From Octopus bimaculoides (taxonomy: Eukaryota): DNA of 54,807 bases. Below are positions 36,963 through 50,728 of the stretch, in pieces. Positions within the stretch are counted from its first letter, which is position 1; the number at the start of each line of letters is the position of its first letter. Below the pieces are notes generated by a model. That model searched no databases. It worked only from the letters and a program-made list of their open reading frames with translations, and was not told the origin of the DNA. The position numbers and the translations under genes were made by a program. The DNA lies in NCBI RefSeq assembly GCF_001194135.2, contig NC_068984.1:61266035-61320841 (forward strand), given 5' to 3'.

Positions 36963-36974
36963 TTGATGATATCA

Positions 36975-37127
36975 ATTTCAGTATGTGGTTGGTATTTTAT
37001 TGACCCTCAAAAGGAGGGAAAAGAATGTTAAGCTCAGTAGGATTTGAATTCAGAAGGTAAATAACTAGAAGATATACCAGAAGTAATTTTTCCACTACTC
37101 TAATAATTCTGCCAATCTGCCACCTTT
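36975..37127 (-). mobile_element. Degenerate SINE family A-related copy
   Basis: TGGTATTTTATTGACCC...GGATTTGAATTCAGAA...ATTCTGCCAATCTGCCACC. Confidence 0.55.
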
Positions 37128-37137
37128 ATAATAATAA

Positions 37138-37683
37138 TACAGAAAAAAGATGGTATAAACATACGCCAGAAAAGGTCACACACAACGAGAAAGCAACCAT
37201 ACTCTGGGATATGCCAATACACACAGATAGAGAAATTAAGGCAAATAGACCAGATATAGTTGTCAAAGATCATGAAGAAAAAAAATGCTTTCTAATTGAT
37301 GTATCAATACCAGCAGATGACAACGTTTCCCTAAAAGAAATGGAAAAACTTTCAAAATACAAAGACCTGGAAATAGAGGTAACTCGAATGTGGAAACTAA
37401 AAACAGAAAAAAATCCTATCATAGTAGGTGCCTTAGGTATAATAAAAAAATTATTCAGACAAACATAACAAAAAACACCAGGACTTACAAATATATATAA
37501 CATACAGAAAATTGCACTACTGGGCACTGCACACATCCTACGCAAAACACTTTCAATACAGTAACCATAAGAGCATCACAGCAAACCACAGCACATACCC
37601 AAGGCACACAGAGCTGCGCTCGGTAGTGAAGTGAAAGCACGTTATAAAATAAAACTACTGAACAATAATAATAATAATAATAA
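37138..37683 (+). mobile_element. 5'-truncated R4/Dong-type LINE (RLE domain, 3' UTR, (TAA)n tail), well preserved
   Basis: WYKHTPEKV..ILWDMPIHTDREIKANRPDIVVKD..CFLIDVSIPADDNVSLKEMEKLSKYKDL...GALG...IQKIALLGTAHILRKTL*. One frameshift; (TAA)n on both sides. Confidence 0.9.
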
Positions 37684-37769
37684 TGTTCTTCGCTTCCTTG
37701 ACTAGTCAGCAGCCGAAGACACAGCAACACTAATACAATCCAGCAGGAAACTAAAAAATAACCCTCAAA

Positions 37770-38265
37770 AACTGGAATATCTACAATTTCCTGTGAGTAT
37801 TTAAAATTTCCCTCAAAATAAGTTAAGAAACTTACATATCTACTGTTTTCGAACACACAAACGATCAACTTTAAAAAAACTTTAATATCTACAACTTCTG
37901 TGAATACCTATCCTTTCCTTTCTCCCATTCGAAAATGTAAACATCCTTTTTTTCTAAGAATAATACAGTTTTCTCTGTTCGGACATACAAAAGATCGCCT
38001 TTAATAAATTTTAAAACTTAAACATCTACAATTTTTTGTGAAAATTTTACCCTGCTTTCTTTCCTTTACCTCCTCCTTGAGTATTCAAAAATGTAAACAT
38101 CCTTTTTATTGCAAAACACTGCAGTCTTCTCTCATCGGACATACAAACAAACATCTCAAAAAATTTAGGAAGTTTCATATCTACAGTTTTGTGTGAACAT
38201 TTTTTTTTCTTTTTCCCTTGACTACCCGAATATGTAAACATGCCTTTTATTGTAACAACACAATT
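37770..38265. repeat. Degenerate tandem repeat, unit about 110-155 bp, 3-4 copies
   Basis: Recurring ATCTACA.TTT.TGTGA, AAATGTAAACATCCTTTTT and TCGGACATACAAA motifs. Confidence 0.65.
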
Positions 38266-38439
38266 AAATGTACGATAAAAAAAAACGAAAAATTAAGGAG
38301 ATGAGCACCTGCCAATATATACAAACTGCACAATTACAAAAACTGAAAACCACAGCAAAACTTATAAAAAGAAAAGTAAAATTTCAAAGACAAATAAAAT
38401 ATTCAGAAATTCAAAAATTCAAAGAGGTAAACATCAGTA

Positions 38440-38470
<31 letters not shown>

Positions 38471-39091
38471 CTACAATTATTTTTTTCTATCAGTAATGAA
38501 AAATAGACCAAGTTGACTTGGTTCTTTTCAAGGCAAAGTTTAGCTCTTTTACTTGTCGCTGTCTGTAGTAAACATGTTTGACCTCTGCTGATCCCAAGTG
38601 TGTGAGGCCGCTTTCGTCTCGTTATCACACAGGAATGTCCATTGTTGATCTCTTCACCATCTGCCGAATCAATTTACAGACCTGTGGAATTTAATCTATT
38701 CAACAAGCTGTCTATCATGCTTCTACTATTCCCTTAAACACTCACATATTTACGATCATCTCAAGGACAAGACAAAAGTTGAAACTAAACAACATTCAAT
38801 AATACATTTTAATAATAAATGGAAATAATAATTCTAACAATGGTACTATTAATAATAATATTAATAAGAATGATAATAATAATGATAATCTAGCCAAAAC
38901 ATGTCGGATCAGAAGAAATATTAACATTGACAAATAGTTGTAAAAAATTAAAATAATGATATCAGTGATGATAATAACAATAATCAAAGGAAGCAATTGG
39001 AATCTCCATATGCTCTGATTGATGATACATCTAGTGATGGTGTCACAATAGAAGCACTGGTAATTGCGCAACCTGATAATCGCTACCTCAT

Positions 39092-39880
39092 ATGATACCA
39101 CTAACACTGATTCTGAGGAAAGCAATGGTTGGATACGTATTCAAAAGCCGCCGACAAAAAGTCAGCCATTTGTTATTCATGGATTGCTTCAAGCTTTATT
39201 GTAAAGATGAATTCCAAGTCAATTCCCACGTTGATACGGTGTATAATTTCAGTGCTGAAAGCAGAATGGAGTTTGGACTGAAAAAGTGTAGTGTAATAGT
39301 CTTGAAGTGAGGAAAAATCAAATGTATGAATGAGATAGCGCTACCGTCGGGGGAGGTTATGAAGCAGATAGAAGAGACGGGCTATAAGTACTTGTGGATA
39401 TTGGAAATATATAAATTGATGGAGAAAGAAATGACTGAAAAATTTAAGGTGGAATACTTGCGAAGACTGAGACTGATCCTTAAGTCAAAATCAAACGGAC
39501 GAAATAAGATTGAAGCTATCAACACCTGGGCGGTTTCTCTGGGATATACCAATCCAAACAGATCAGGTGCTAGAGTATGATAGTCCGGACCTACTTGTGG
39601 TGGACCAGGTGCATGACATATGTTATATAGCTGATGTTGCATGCCCCTTTGACCCACGAATAGTCAAGAAGGATACAAACCTCTTATGTACGAAATAGCC
39701 CTACTATGGAAAATGAAGAAGGTGAAGATAGTGCCAATTATTGTTGGGTTCTTGGGAACAGCATCAGAAGACATCAAGAGCAATATAAAGGAAATTGGAA
39801 TAGAGTGCCCAGTAGAATTGTTACAAAAGTTTTGTTTCCTTGGCATTGTCAGAATAATCAGGAAAGTATTAGATAGCTGA
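39092..39880 (+). mobile_element. R4-type LINE 3' fragment with an internal deletion (RT end joined to RLE)
   Basis: VSHLLFMD..KLY..MEFGLKKC..GYKYL.ILE..NKIEAINTWAVSL is joined directly to WDIPIQTD..PDLLVVD..IADVACPFD..LQKFCFLGIVRIIRKVLDS*. Confidence 0.85.
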
Positions 39881-39899
39881 AAAGAACGAATACCATGGT

Positions 39900-39915
39900 A
39901 TTATTATTAATATTA

Positions 39916-40005
<90 letters not shown>

Positions 40006-40006
40006 N
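39900..40006. repeat. (TTA)n running into an N-gap
   Basis: Directly visible. Confidence 0.95.
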
Positions 40007-40351
40007 NNNNNNNNNNNNNNNNNNNNNNNNNNNNNNNNNNNNNNNNNNNNNNNNNNNNNNNNNNNNNNNNNNNNNNNNNNNNNNNNNNNNNNNNNNNNNN
40101 NNNNNNNNNNNNNNNNNNNNNNNNNNNNNNNNNNNNNNNNNNNNNNNNNNNNNNNNNNNNNNNNNNNNNNNNNNNNNNNNNNNNNNNNNNNNNNNNNNNN
40201 NNNNNNNNNNNNNNNNNNNNNNNNNNNNNNNNNNNNNNNNNNNNNNNNNNNNNNNNNNNNNNNNNNNNNNNNNNNNNNNNNNNNNNNNNNNNNNNNNNNN
40301 NNNNNNNNNNNNNNNNNNNNNNNNNNNNNNNNNNNNNNNNNNNNNNNNNNN

Positions 40352-40770
40352 CTTGAAATAGAAATTAGCAAAATGTGGAATCTGAAGACGAAAACAATAC
40401 CTATTGTCATAGGTGCCCTGGGAATGACAGCGAAACGGGCTGATTACTACCTAGCTCAGATACCAGGAAACCCCAAAATGGCTGAAGTTCAAAAGATAGT
40501 GCTCATGGGAACTGCCCATATCCTACGTAAAATACTGTCTATGTGATCTCAAATTTTAAAACAAACATAATTTTCTTATGGTTTCTTAAACATTCACTAG
40601 AACAAAACTGTACAAATCCAAATATATGGTACCCTAGGCATAACACCTACATGAACTTCTAACTTGTTGTCCCTTGAGGTGTCTGGGTGAGACTTGGATC
40701 CAAATTGTACAAATGCAAAACAAAAGTCAAACATAAAATACTACTACTACTACTAATAATAATAATAATG
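40352..40770 (+). mobile_element. R4/Dong-type LINE 3' end with (CTA)n(TAA)n tail
   Basis: Open frame 40352-40546 reads LEIEISKMWNLKTKTIPIVIGALGMTAKRADYYLAQIPGNPKMAEVQKIVLMGTAHILRKILSM*. Confidence 0.85.
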
Positions 40771-40869
40771 GACTAAAATGTTGGATAGGAACAATGAAAT
40801 CCCACGAAATGTCAGGTATATGGACAGAAAAAAGTGAGGAGAGCCACAGGCGAAGTAAATGACACTTTA

Positions 40870-41812
40870 AGCTGCTTGATTAAAACAAAACATCCCTGAA
40901 ACAAACCAGCTAACCACTGCTGCTGCTAATGTCATAGCTACATGCGAGACATTGAAGGTATAAAAGTAAAGGAAAAGAAGGAACCAAAGTGGAGGAAGAG
41001 AATACAAATGAAGCCGGAAAAGACACGGAAATAATTGGGGCAATTGAATGGGATAATGAGAGGGTGCTCAAAGATAAGGTAGTGATCAGAAAATTAAATG
41101 GACAGTAGATATTAGAAGAAAAGGGAAGACAAACAGTACATGAAGCATTGATACAAAAGGTGACAGTTTCAAAGGTCAAATTCAAAAGACGATGTTAGAT
41201 GCAAAGGTTTGGAGCAGAACAGACTGTTCCAAACAAAGGCGTTTATTTGAGGAAATAGAAGGAAACCAACACCAGGAACTGATTCCAGATGCGGAAGAAA
41301 GTAAAGAATTTGGGGGAGGGCTGCGGAAGACGCTGGCGAGGCATAAAGGAAGCGCGGAGTGGCTAACAAAGGTGAAAAGACAACTTGCAACTATGGCAAG
41401 ACAAAAGGACAGAATTGTTCTATATAAAGTGAGACACAAGTTGAAAACAGTAGCAAATTGGAAAGGACCATGCCAAGATGGAGTACAAACTTTACACAAT
41501 TGCATGAAAGGATCACTGCGCAATTGGATGATTGCCTGCTGCAAGGTCACATTCCTGTCTGGATGATAAGTGGACGGACGTTGCTATGCCTCAAGGATCG
41601 CTTGAAATAGTACTTAGCATCACATTTTTGACCTATAAACTGTTTACTACTTATGCGGAAGCTTATGACAGGTGTATTGGCGGAAGAGTTATGCAACCTT
41701 TTGGAAAGCAACAATCTACTACCAGAAGAACAGAATGGATGCAGGAAACAAAGTAGGGCAACAAAAGATCACTTAGTCGATAAAAGGATAATTAGAAATT
41801 GCAGACGCAGAC
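40870..41812 (+). mobile_element. R4-type LINE, N-terminal RT region, decayed
   Basis: QRRLFEEIEG..IPDAEESKEF..AEWL..VANWKGP..DG..AEELCNLLESNNLLPEEQNGCRKQSRATKDHL.DK.I.RNCRRR. Confidence 0.8.
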
Positions 41813-41899
41813 TGACGGGACTGAAACTGGAAATTGAAACTACATTATTGCGATCGTGAGTGCAACACCAATAGAGTACATCACTAGGCTACATGCCTT

Positions 41900-41959
41900 C
41901 GCTGCGTTTATGTATGTATGTATGTATGCATCGCATTCACTCATATATGACATTCATAT

Positions 41960-42022
<63 letters not shown>

Positions 42023-42060
42023 CATGTGTGTGTGTGTATGTATGTATACATATATTTATA
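41900..42060. repeat. (TATG)n/(TA)n/(TG)n
   Basis: Directly visible. Confidence 0.9.
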
Positions 42061-44559
42061 CATTCAAATATGTATCTGTACATAGTAGTTCTCTTTTTGT
42101 AAATAAGCTAGCATTGTTGTTTTATTTCAATATCTTAATTACCATTTTGTCTCAAAAATATTTCCCTTTACAGCTTCAAATATGTAACTAAAATGCATTT
42201 ATTAAATAAATAATGCGATACACAATATTAAAAATCTCTTTGTAATGCATTAAAATTAATTCTTCCACAAAACCTATTGTTGCATGATAAAGAGTTGATA
42301 TATTTTTTATTCAACTTCTTTATTGAAATACAATAAGTATGGCGGACATTTATTTTCGAAATCACTTATTCACTTTTCATTTTAGATATTTCGGTTATTA
42401 TTTATATCAGTTGTTTAGTATTTACATATTCCTTTTTATATAATCTTTATTGCGAATATTAGTATCCGCGAGAGATAACATTGGGAAATAATGTCATGGC
42501 ATACAATGCAAATAATTTATTATTGAATTAAGAGATAAATGGGACGTTAACATTTATAATGCAGATTGACAAATTCACTACAGTAGAGCAGACAAAAGGG
42601 TTTGTCGTGTATTATTTACGTTCTATGATATTTTGAGTTCGAATATCATCGAATGAGGTGAGTCTTCCTTTAAGTCTTTCAAAAGCGATAAACCGTTTAC
42701 TCATTTATGCTAACCGATTCACTGAGCTGCTTACAAAATATATGAACATGTGATTCTGTTAAAAATTATCATTGTTACATCATAATAGTATTTTGAAAAC
42801 ATCATGAAATATAAGTTTGCAGCCGAAGAAATTGGGGATTTCATTGGAAAACGCGTAAATGTATCATATTACGTGAACAGCATGATTATTGATGGCAATT
42901 ACCGTACATGTCTGCATTTTAAAATACTACTCTAATGAATTTATGATATTCCTTCCAAACCTTTCTATAATTTGCAAATGTACTTTTTCTAGATAAATAT
43001 TTCCTGTAGTTTCTACAATTTTCTCAGGTCTGTTACTTTATTTAGATGATATTTATTTTTAATTAATTTTCCTTACCTCGAGATTGTTTTGATGATCTTT
43101 TCTTCTCTTCTTGTGTTATATTCTGGTCGGATTTCTTAGATGAAAATAAATTTATGTTGATATCTGAACTCTCTGCATGTAGGAATTGTCATCTGCCAAC
43201 ATGAGTTTAATACCGAATGCCAGAAATATTTGTATAATTTCTAACGTTTAGTTTCTGAAATAAAGAAAGAAATTAATAAAGTAAAAACAATTTCAGAATG
43301 TGTGTACTGAAGTATTTAATAATTGACTGAGGAATAGACAAAGACAGTAAAGAAGAGTTTACACGAGTCATAGAAGACAATCTTCTTTGAATTAGACTTT
43401 TCTATCTTAGCTATATTAGAGAGTTGAACTCCTGGTCATGCTGACTGAATTAAAAATGGGATAGATACGGCCGGGGCGCTCTGATTATATGGTTAATCGC
43501 TGTTTATTTAGTATCAACAAGTACCAAAACATAGAAATGTTGACTTATAAGGAAAATAAGCTGTATAATTTCATATAAAAAATACGTAATGAATTTCAAT
43601 TTAGTAGTTTTATGCTTGTAAATAAATACAGTACTTCGAATAATGTGTCGATCTACACTGAGTAACTTATACGCGTTGACACTTGTTATGTCACTTCGTG
43701 TCTTAATTTATGTTTCTCTGTTGAGATGGTATTTGATATTCAACTAGAATTTAACGAACTTTAAAAGAAAATATTTTTCCCTTTAACATGAGTCATCAGA
43801 TTATATACTACAATGAGGAGGTAAACAAATAAACGCAAAGCTATTAACGCAACAAAAAGAATGAAAGTAATGCCTGTGTAAACAGCTGCACGAGGTAAAG
43901 CAAAATAAACTTTTTGTCAGTTGCACGTAATGAAGTATATTCCTGTAACTAAATATGGCTGTCCACAATAGATTGCCGTGTGAAAACGTTGCTTCGGCGT
44001 TCTTCCTGAATTACAGACTGATCCGTAACAAAGTGTAAAACATATATTCTATTAATTTGAGTGTTTGCAAATGGTATCAAGGGCTGGTTACTTGGCGTCA
44101 ATATCAAAATTTCCTTATAACTGTGATTAATTGAAGTGGGAGCAAAAAGATGTTCAATATTTTAACAGTAGAAGAGGAGATTCTGAAAAGGGCAGATAGA
44201 TATAAAGAAAATTCTAGAAATATATGACCGGTAATAGAAATAGTGGTGATAGAGAGAAGCGAAGTAAAATTATTAAGTTGTAAGATATTGACAAAAGCCA
44301 AAAGTAGTAAGTGAAGTAAAAATAGATACAAATCTCTAGAATTGAAAGTTAGAAAAGGATAAAGAAAACAATTATGGATGTTAATATGAGATAACAATAA
44401 TGTGAATGCAGGCATTACATTCCTTCAATTGGATATTACCAGTTTGGCGGAAGTAAAGTAGCCAAGATTTGTTTATATCTATATTAGTCTGCACCATTGT
44501 TAACATTCCACAGACATGAATATTCTATTTTTCTCACATACTGGAAAGACTGTTCATAG

Positions 44560-44655
44560 TCATCGTCATCGTCGTCGTCGTCATCGTAGTCATCATCATC
44601 ATCATCATCATCATCGTCGTCGTCGTCATCATCATCATCATCATCATCATCATTC
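44560..44655. repeat. (TCA/TCG)n
   Basis: Directly visible. Confidence 0.95.
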
Positions 44656-45798
44656 AGATATACATATGTATGTATCACTTCAGAGAAATTTCATTCAGCG
44701 AATAATTTATCGCGTTAAAACTGTTATATAGGTAATAACCTAATATACACCAAACACTCAGGCAAAAGTGTGTCCCTGAAAATGGGTAAACTCATTTCAT
44801 TTCTCCTTTTCTTAACAAAGACAAAATAACTTACAAAACTCGTTACTATGTATGAAATATGTTTGATACATATGTCCGCTGACCCAAAGATACTTTATTA
44901 CACTAGAAGTGTTAAATCAGTAAGTATGCAGAAGTAATAATCCTTCGAGAATAGTTTATTTCTACCAAAGTTGCTCGTGGTGTTTAGCCTGAGGTATGTT
45001 CTTATCGAGAAGAACTATTATTAAAGGCATTACATGACAATCACGTCTTTTTCCTTCGTGCAGAGAATTTAGAATCAGAGTTTCCAACGTTGTTGTTTCT
45101 AAGTGTTTTGAAGTAGAGTTGTCTGTTATTTCTAACACTTTTACTGTTTTCATTCTGTTCGTAGAGGCACTTTTGCTAGTTATATTATAGTAATTTAGTT
45201 ATGTGGTAGTCGAAGTGAACTTTTATTTTGATGGAATGTCAGACACGTATAAGAAATCGGAAATTAAATTTGAATTTAATTCTGTTATGACAGGTATCAG
45301 CAGTAAAGTAATTTAGTTCGTTTCACGTGTTAATTTTACTAAGCTTTCAGACCCAACAAAGCGTCAGCTAACTTCTACTACACATTCCTGATGGCTAATA
45401 ATATCACGATTGATATGTGGCTTATATTTTCGATATTTGGAATGTACAGTCTATCAAGAAAGGCTAGGAAAATACTGAAACGCACTCAATAAAGAAAACA
45501 TAATCTTAAAATATCAAAGATTTCAAGGTGTCTAATTTCTTTTCCAAGGAATATAAGTATAGGAAATCTAAATGAATTGAATATATTACTTAATGACATA
45601 CATATCTTCAATTCTAAGTGGAATATAGACAAGAGAAACTAAATATTTTTAGATATTTCAGTAATGAACGAAAAGGCTAGAACTACGATGGACGTATACA
45701 ACAAAATTACAAGCTTGGAAGAATACCTACTCTATATTTCGTGTCATCCGAAAGACGGTATATATATATATATATATATATATAAAGTGTAGTATATT

Positions 45799-46025
45799 GC
45801 CACTTAAGTGTGGCTGACCCCTAGGGGTGGATGTTACTGTTGCTTTTAGCCCCAGGAGGACATCTCCTCCAGCTGGCTTATCGACACACGACTGTGTCCT
45901 GTTTGCCAAGGGAGTTATCCCTCTCACCACGGCCAGCAGCACGAACGTATGCGGATTTCAGGGTTATTTCCCTTCATCGGCGTTCGACAGCCGATGACCT
46001 TGGTGAGAGAGAAAAACCTGGCAAA
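45799..46025. other. GC-rich, multi-hairpin element of unknown class
   Basis: At least seven complementary stems in about 230 bp, between (TA)n and an N-gap (see findings). Confidence 0.55.
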
Positions 46026-46544
46026 TCTTATATCTTCTTTTNNNNNNNNNNNNNNNNNNNNNNNNNNNNNNNNNNNNNNNNNNNNNNNNNNNNNNNNNNN
46101 NNNNNNNNNNNNNNNNNNNNNNNNNNNNNNNNNNNNNNCAATTACTGCTTCCCATTTGCTTGGCAGACGTTCACACCGTCATTTAAAGATGTTTTTGTTA
46201 AATATTGTTGTTGTTTTTGTTAAATAAAATTGTTGAAAAAAGCCGCAATAATTATGCACCAATCCGGAATATATATATATATATAAACACAATATCTCCT
46301 TCAATTTAGCCAAAACGATGTGCAAAATTTTGTCCGAAGAAGTAAACGTGATGTACAACTAGAGAGATTTAACGATACACTCATCGACAGGTTATCCATC
46401 ATTCCTAATAGATGATAGGCCACAACAAGCCAATACAATTGATATTCTGACACTATGACAAGCAAAACAAAATAACATACCTCAACTTAAAATATTGCCA
46501 TGTATCTCTTTTCACGATTCTAGAACCAGTGAAGCCTATAATAT

Positions 46545-46757
46545 TGGTTTGAAATTTTGGCTCAAGACCAGCAATTTCGGGGTTGGGCTAAGTCGATTAC
46601 ATCGCACGCGTTACTCAACCGGTACTTAATTTCTCGACACCTAAAGGATGAAAGGCAAAGTCGATCACGGCGGAATTCGAACTCAGAACCCAAGGACAGA
46701 CGAAATGCCGTTAAGTATTTTTCCCGGCTTGTTACCGATTCTGGCAGCTCAGCGATT
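46545..46757 (-). mobile_element. SINE family A
   Basis: Aligns with the other family A copies. Confidence 0.85.
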
Positions 46758-46781
46758 TAGAGCAAACCCTATAATATTATC

Positions 46782-46986
46782 TTTAAATTTGGGCACCAGA
46801 CCAGCTGATCTGGAAGACGGAGTAAGTCGATGACAACGACCCTTGTGTTTGACTACTACTTATTTTATTGACACCAAAAGGATAAAAGCAAAGTCGACGC
46901 CGGCAGAATTTGAACTGAAAACGTGAAGACGAACTAAATGCTGCTAAGTATACTGTCTGACGTTGTAACGATTCTGTCAAGAGCGA
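46782..46986 (-). mobile_element. SINE family A, second tandem copy, more degenerate
   Basis: AAGTCGAC..GGCAGAATTTGAACTG..AAATGCTGCTAAG..AACGATTCTG. Confidence 0.75.
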
Positions 46987-49900
46987 AGCTTATATCATTG
47001 TTTGAAATTTACCGATGGTGTGAAAATATCATTAAAAAAAACGTCCAGCGTGAATCAGATCTTAGAGACACATACAATTAGAATGAGTAAAAGATAAGTA
47101 AAAGTTTTAAAGAGAAAATTAACAAATGTCAAGTAATTTTCGAAGGTACCTGGACGAACTTGGAAGAAAAGTGTGCAATGGAAATGTGTAATGCACTTCA
47201 AATTTTGACCAAATTCATCAATGGAGCCTACACAATACCACGTTTAGTTACTCCTGCAGCCTTTTAGATGTTATATTGATACCAGCATCGAGTGATTACG
47301 AAACACTTATAAATTCGCCAGAAATTACCGTTGTATTCACATTTTGAAAGTGATATTAAGAACACTCTTCTGTAGATGTGGCCTAAGATGATCACGGACG
47401 CGGATATTCTGCCTTTCTTTTCTTTTTTCAATGATACACAATGTAGCAAGTTTGGGATTTTATTCATTCGCTACACTCACCTTAATCAGTAATCAAATGT
47501 TTACATTAAGTGGGCATGAAACATTCGTAAATACTCTATGAGTTATACATTTGGATACTTCATAGACGAACAACTTTTGATCAAATACGCACAAAAAATG
47601 AAAGTCGAATTTATGTCATATTTCAGTCTCTAGAAAGAGCTATCTTTTAAATAAAATCAGGTTTTATTTGTGTAAACATTTCACACACTCACAGACGTGT
47701 TGGTTTAGGAATATTTGTGGAAATCCTAATCGCCGAAATCTGATGAGTAGGAAGCATATAAGTCAAAAGGCAATTTAATCGAAATATTTACTAATAGAAA
47801 CTTTTTTTTTGTAGAAACCCTATCAGAAGGAAAATACATTAGTTGAATAAAAGGTGAAAATTTAATATTTATTAAGGAAAGATACAAAAATTATTTACAA
47901 ACATCAAATTATTTTTTAATCAAATCAACTATTTTGTTTTACCAAATTAAGACTCAGTTAATATGAGAAAATTTATGCAAAAAAGAACAAAGAATATGTG
48001 TGTAGAATTTTAAAAAAATCATGCAGGGAAATGTCAAGAATGCGCCTCTTCAATCGGCAAATACGCCATAGAGGAAGCACATTTTAAAAAGAAATAATGT
48101 AACCACAATATATTGACTAAAATAGCATCCATTCTTTATTAGAGAATGCCAAAAGTAGATCATCATGAGATTTATAAAAACTGCCAGGTGATCACGAGGA
48201 GATTTTTTGGCGGAAAATTTTAAAATTGGAGAAAATTCAATTATTAAAAAAAATATGGTGACACACAGTAGAGGCTAATTTCTAATTCCAGTTTTTGAGG
48301 ACAACGAATGCCAGTCATAAAAGACATAAATATTTATATCATGTTGGATACCATATGTAAACAGTATTAGTGATCGGATAGCTCTATAAAGTTGTGGTTT
48401 TACCATTTTTCCAAAGACTGTTAAAATCATTATTTCCTTTTCCTTTTTCGCTAGGGAAAAAAAATATTGTACGTAAACTTTTGTAGAAATATACGTTTCC
48501 TCTAAGTGAATCTTTATTTTCTCATAATTACATTTATATTCTAAAAATAAATAGGGAGCTTGGAAATGAATTTGCAATATATTTCATTGAAAAATACTGT
48601 GTTCCAATAAATTGTTGCTTAAAATAAACTGGTGCTTGAAATAACTGTCCTACTCTTCCATCATATTTATCGTTATTTTACAATTGATAAAAACATGAAC
48701 AACTTCAAAATTTTAATTATGTTAAATACAATATGCAATATGAATGTATAAATATGGCGATTGTTGGAAGAAATTTATCTTGTTAACACATTTCATTTAA
48801 TTTAATCAAATGTTTAAGGAAGTAGATATTTGAGGGAAACTTATTATAGAATTACAAGCACAAATTTTATGAAATAGCCATGCCCTCAGTATTGGCTGGT
48901 AACTGCGATAATTACTGTAAGATATAAGGGAAATATTACATCAACCGAGGTAGCCTATACCTAGAAAATTAATACCATCGTTTCTATAACCTGAACTTGG
49001 TCATAATAGCTTCAAATAAGCATTGTTTTTTTCTATATATTTTTAACTGTATATTTATTTCTTTGCTCAATCTATTTTAATTCAATTATGTCAATATTTT
49101 CTTTGTAAGATATCACAAGTTTTTATTTTTCCATTCAATAAAACTGAGTTTTCTTAATTCTTTATAAATAGGCTTTACTTTTCGAAATGATATTAGTCTA
49201 AAACACTGTATTCGCACGTTTAGCCTAACAAGTAATCCACATCAGTAATTGATGCTTATGTATATAGTATATGTATTTATCAGACTATAATCTGGTAGAC
49301 AGAAAGTCTGCTATAATGAGACACACATATAATTAGCTTTTGAAACTAAGCCTACATTGTAATGATGATTCGTAAATTACCAATGTTTCAAAATTCTCTG
49401 TCAGTATAAATATAATAAATCTGCTGAACAGTTTTAATTACCATCAGTCTGGTTGTAACATTTCTATGTACATTACAGTTGTATTCTACTTGTCAACAGG
49501 AAAAGCTAGTGGGATTAACAAGGTCTTTCTTCCAAGAAACGTATTCTTTTGGGAGAAAAAGTGGAGCAAAGTAAAAAAAAAAAATTAAAAAAAAACAATA
49601 AAAACTACATGTCAGAAATACTAACAATAAAGTGTAGAATTCTGTGAAACTATAGCAATTAATTCGCTATTAAACCATGAAATTGGCCGACAATTCATTT
49701 TGAATACGTCAATTCCTTTATAAGCAGCTAGTTAGCTTTTATAGTAACTACATTTAATATCACAATGGACGAACACTGTCTATACACAGACAAAAACTAA
49801 ACGATCTCCAACTCCTGATGTCTCACAGTTCTAAAATTCTGTTCCTTTATGTTATTCCATTTCATCCTACCTAATTTTTCTATGTTCTCAAAATATAGGG

Positions 49901-50526
49901 AATTTTCTACTTTAATTCAGTACATGAATTTATTAAAAATATTTTCATACGAAATATTTCCTTGGTAGAAAAATAAACTTAAGTCAGTTTTGATTTTAAG
50001 TTACCACATAATGGAACAGAAAATATGTCAAAAAAGTAAACACCTAATTGTAGACTTTAATCGTTTTCGTTTTATACCTTATACAACACAGTTCTCTTGC
50101 ATAAACAAACTTAAATTTCAATTTGATATGATTATGTATTCTAAAATGCAAAAATAAGCAACGAGTGAGGCACTAATATGAAAGCGTTATATAGAAACGA
50201 AAAGTAGAGCAGGACTTCCGACAAGTTTTTAATATTAAGGACACAGTTATGAATTAACGTTTTGCTGAAAGAAATTCTAACTAGATTTTTATTGATAGAT
50301 ACTTATGGATCAATCATTATTTAAGCTTATATTTCTAACCTTCAGAGAAGTACCTTTTAGATTTGATACAAGAAGACATGTGATCATATCACTGTTACAA
50401 AGCAACTTACTGTAATCATGGAAATGTTTACATGTGTATGGTGAATTGAACCATGTTCTACTTGTCTCCTTGTCTAATGGTTTTTCTTTTGGTGTTCTTC
50501 TATATATTTTAGCATACCATTATTTG

Positions 50527-50728
50527 TTTCAAATTTTAGCACAAAGTCAGCAATTTTGGGAGAGAGAGAGTAAGTCGATTATCTCGACCCCAGTGTCCAA
50601 CTAGTACTTATTTTATCGACCCTGAAATGAGAAAAGACAAAGTCGACTCCGGTGACATTCGTAAAGACGGACGAAATGCTGCTAAGCATTTTTCCCGACG
50701 AGCTCACGGTTTTGCCATCTCGACGCCT
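50527..50728 (-). mobile_element. SINE family A with a small internal deletion
   Basis: Aligns with the other copies but lacks the TTGAACTCAGAA segment. Confidence 0.8.

Noticed and set aside
44962-47400. Mariner-like remnants (LHEGKRR.., RRYLDELGRKVC)
   Set aside because: Only a few residues resemble the HTH/WVPHEL region; no DD34D motif or TIRs seen.
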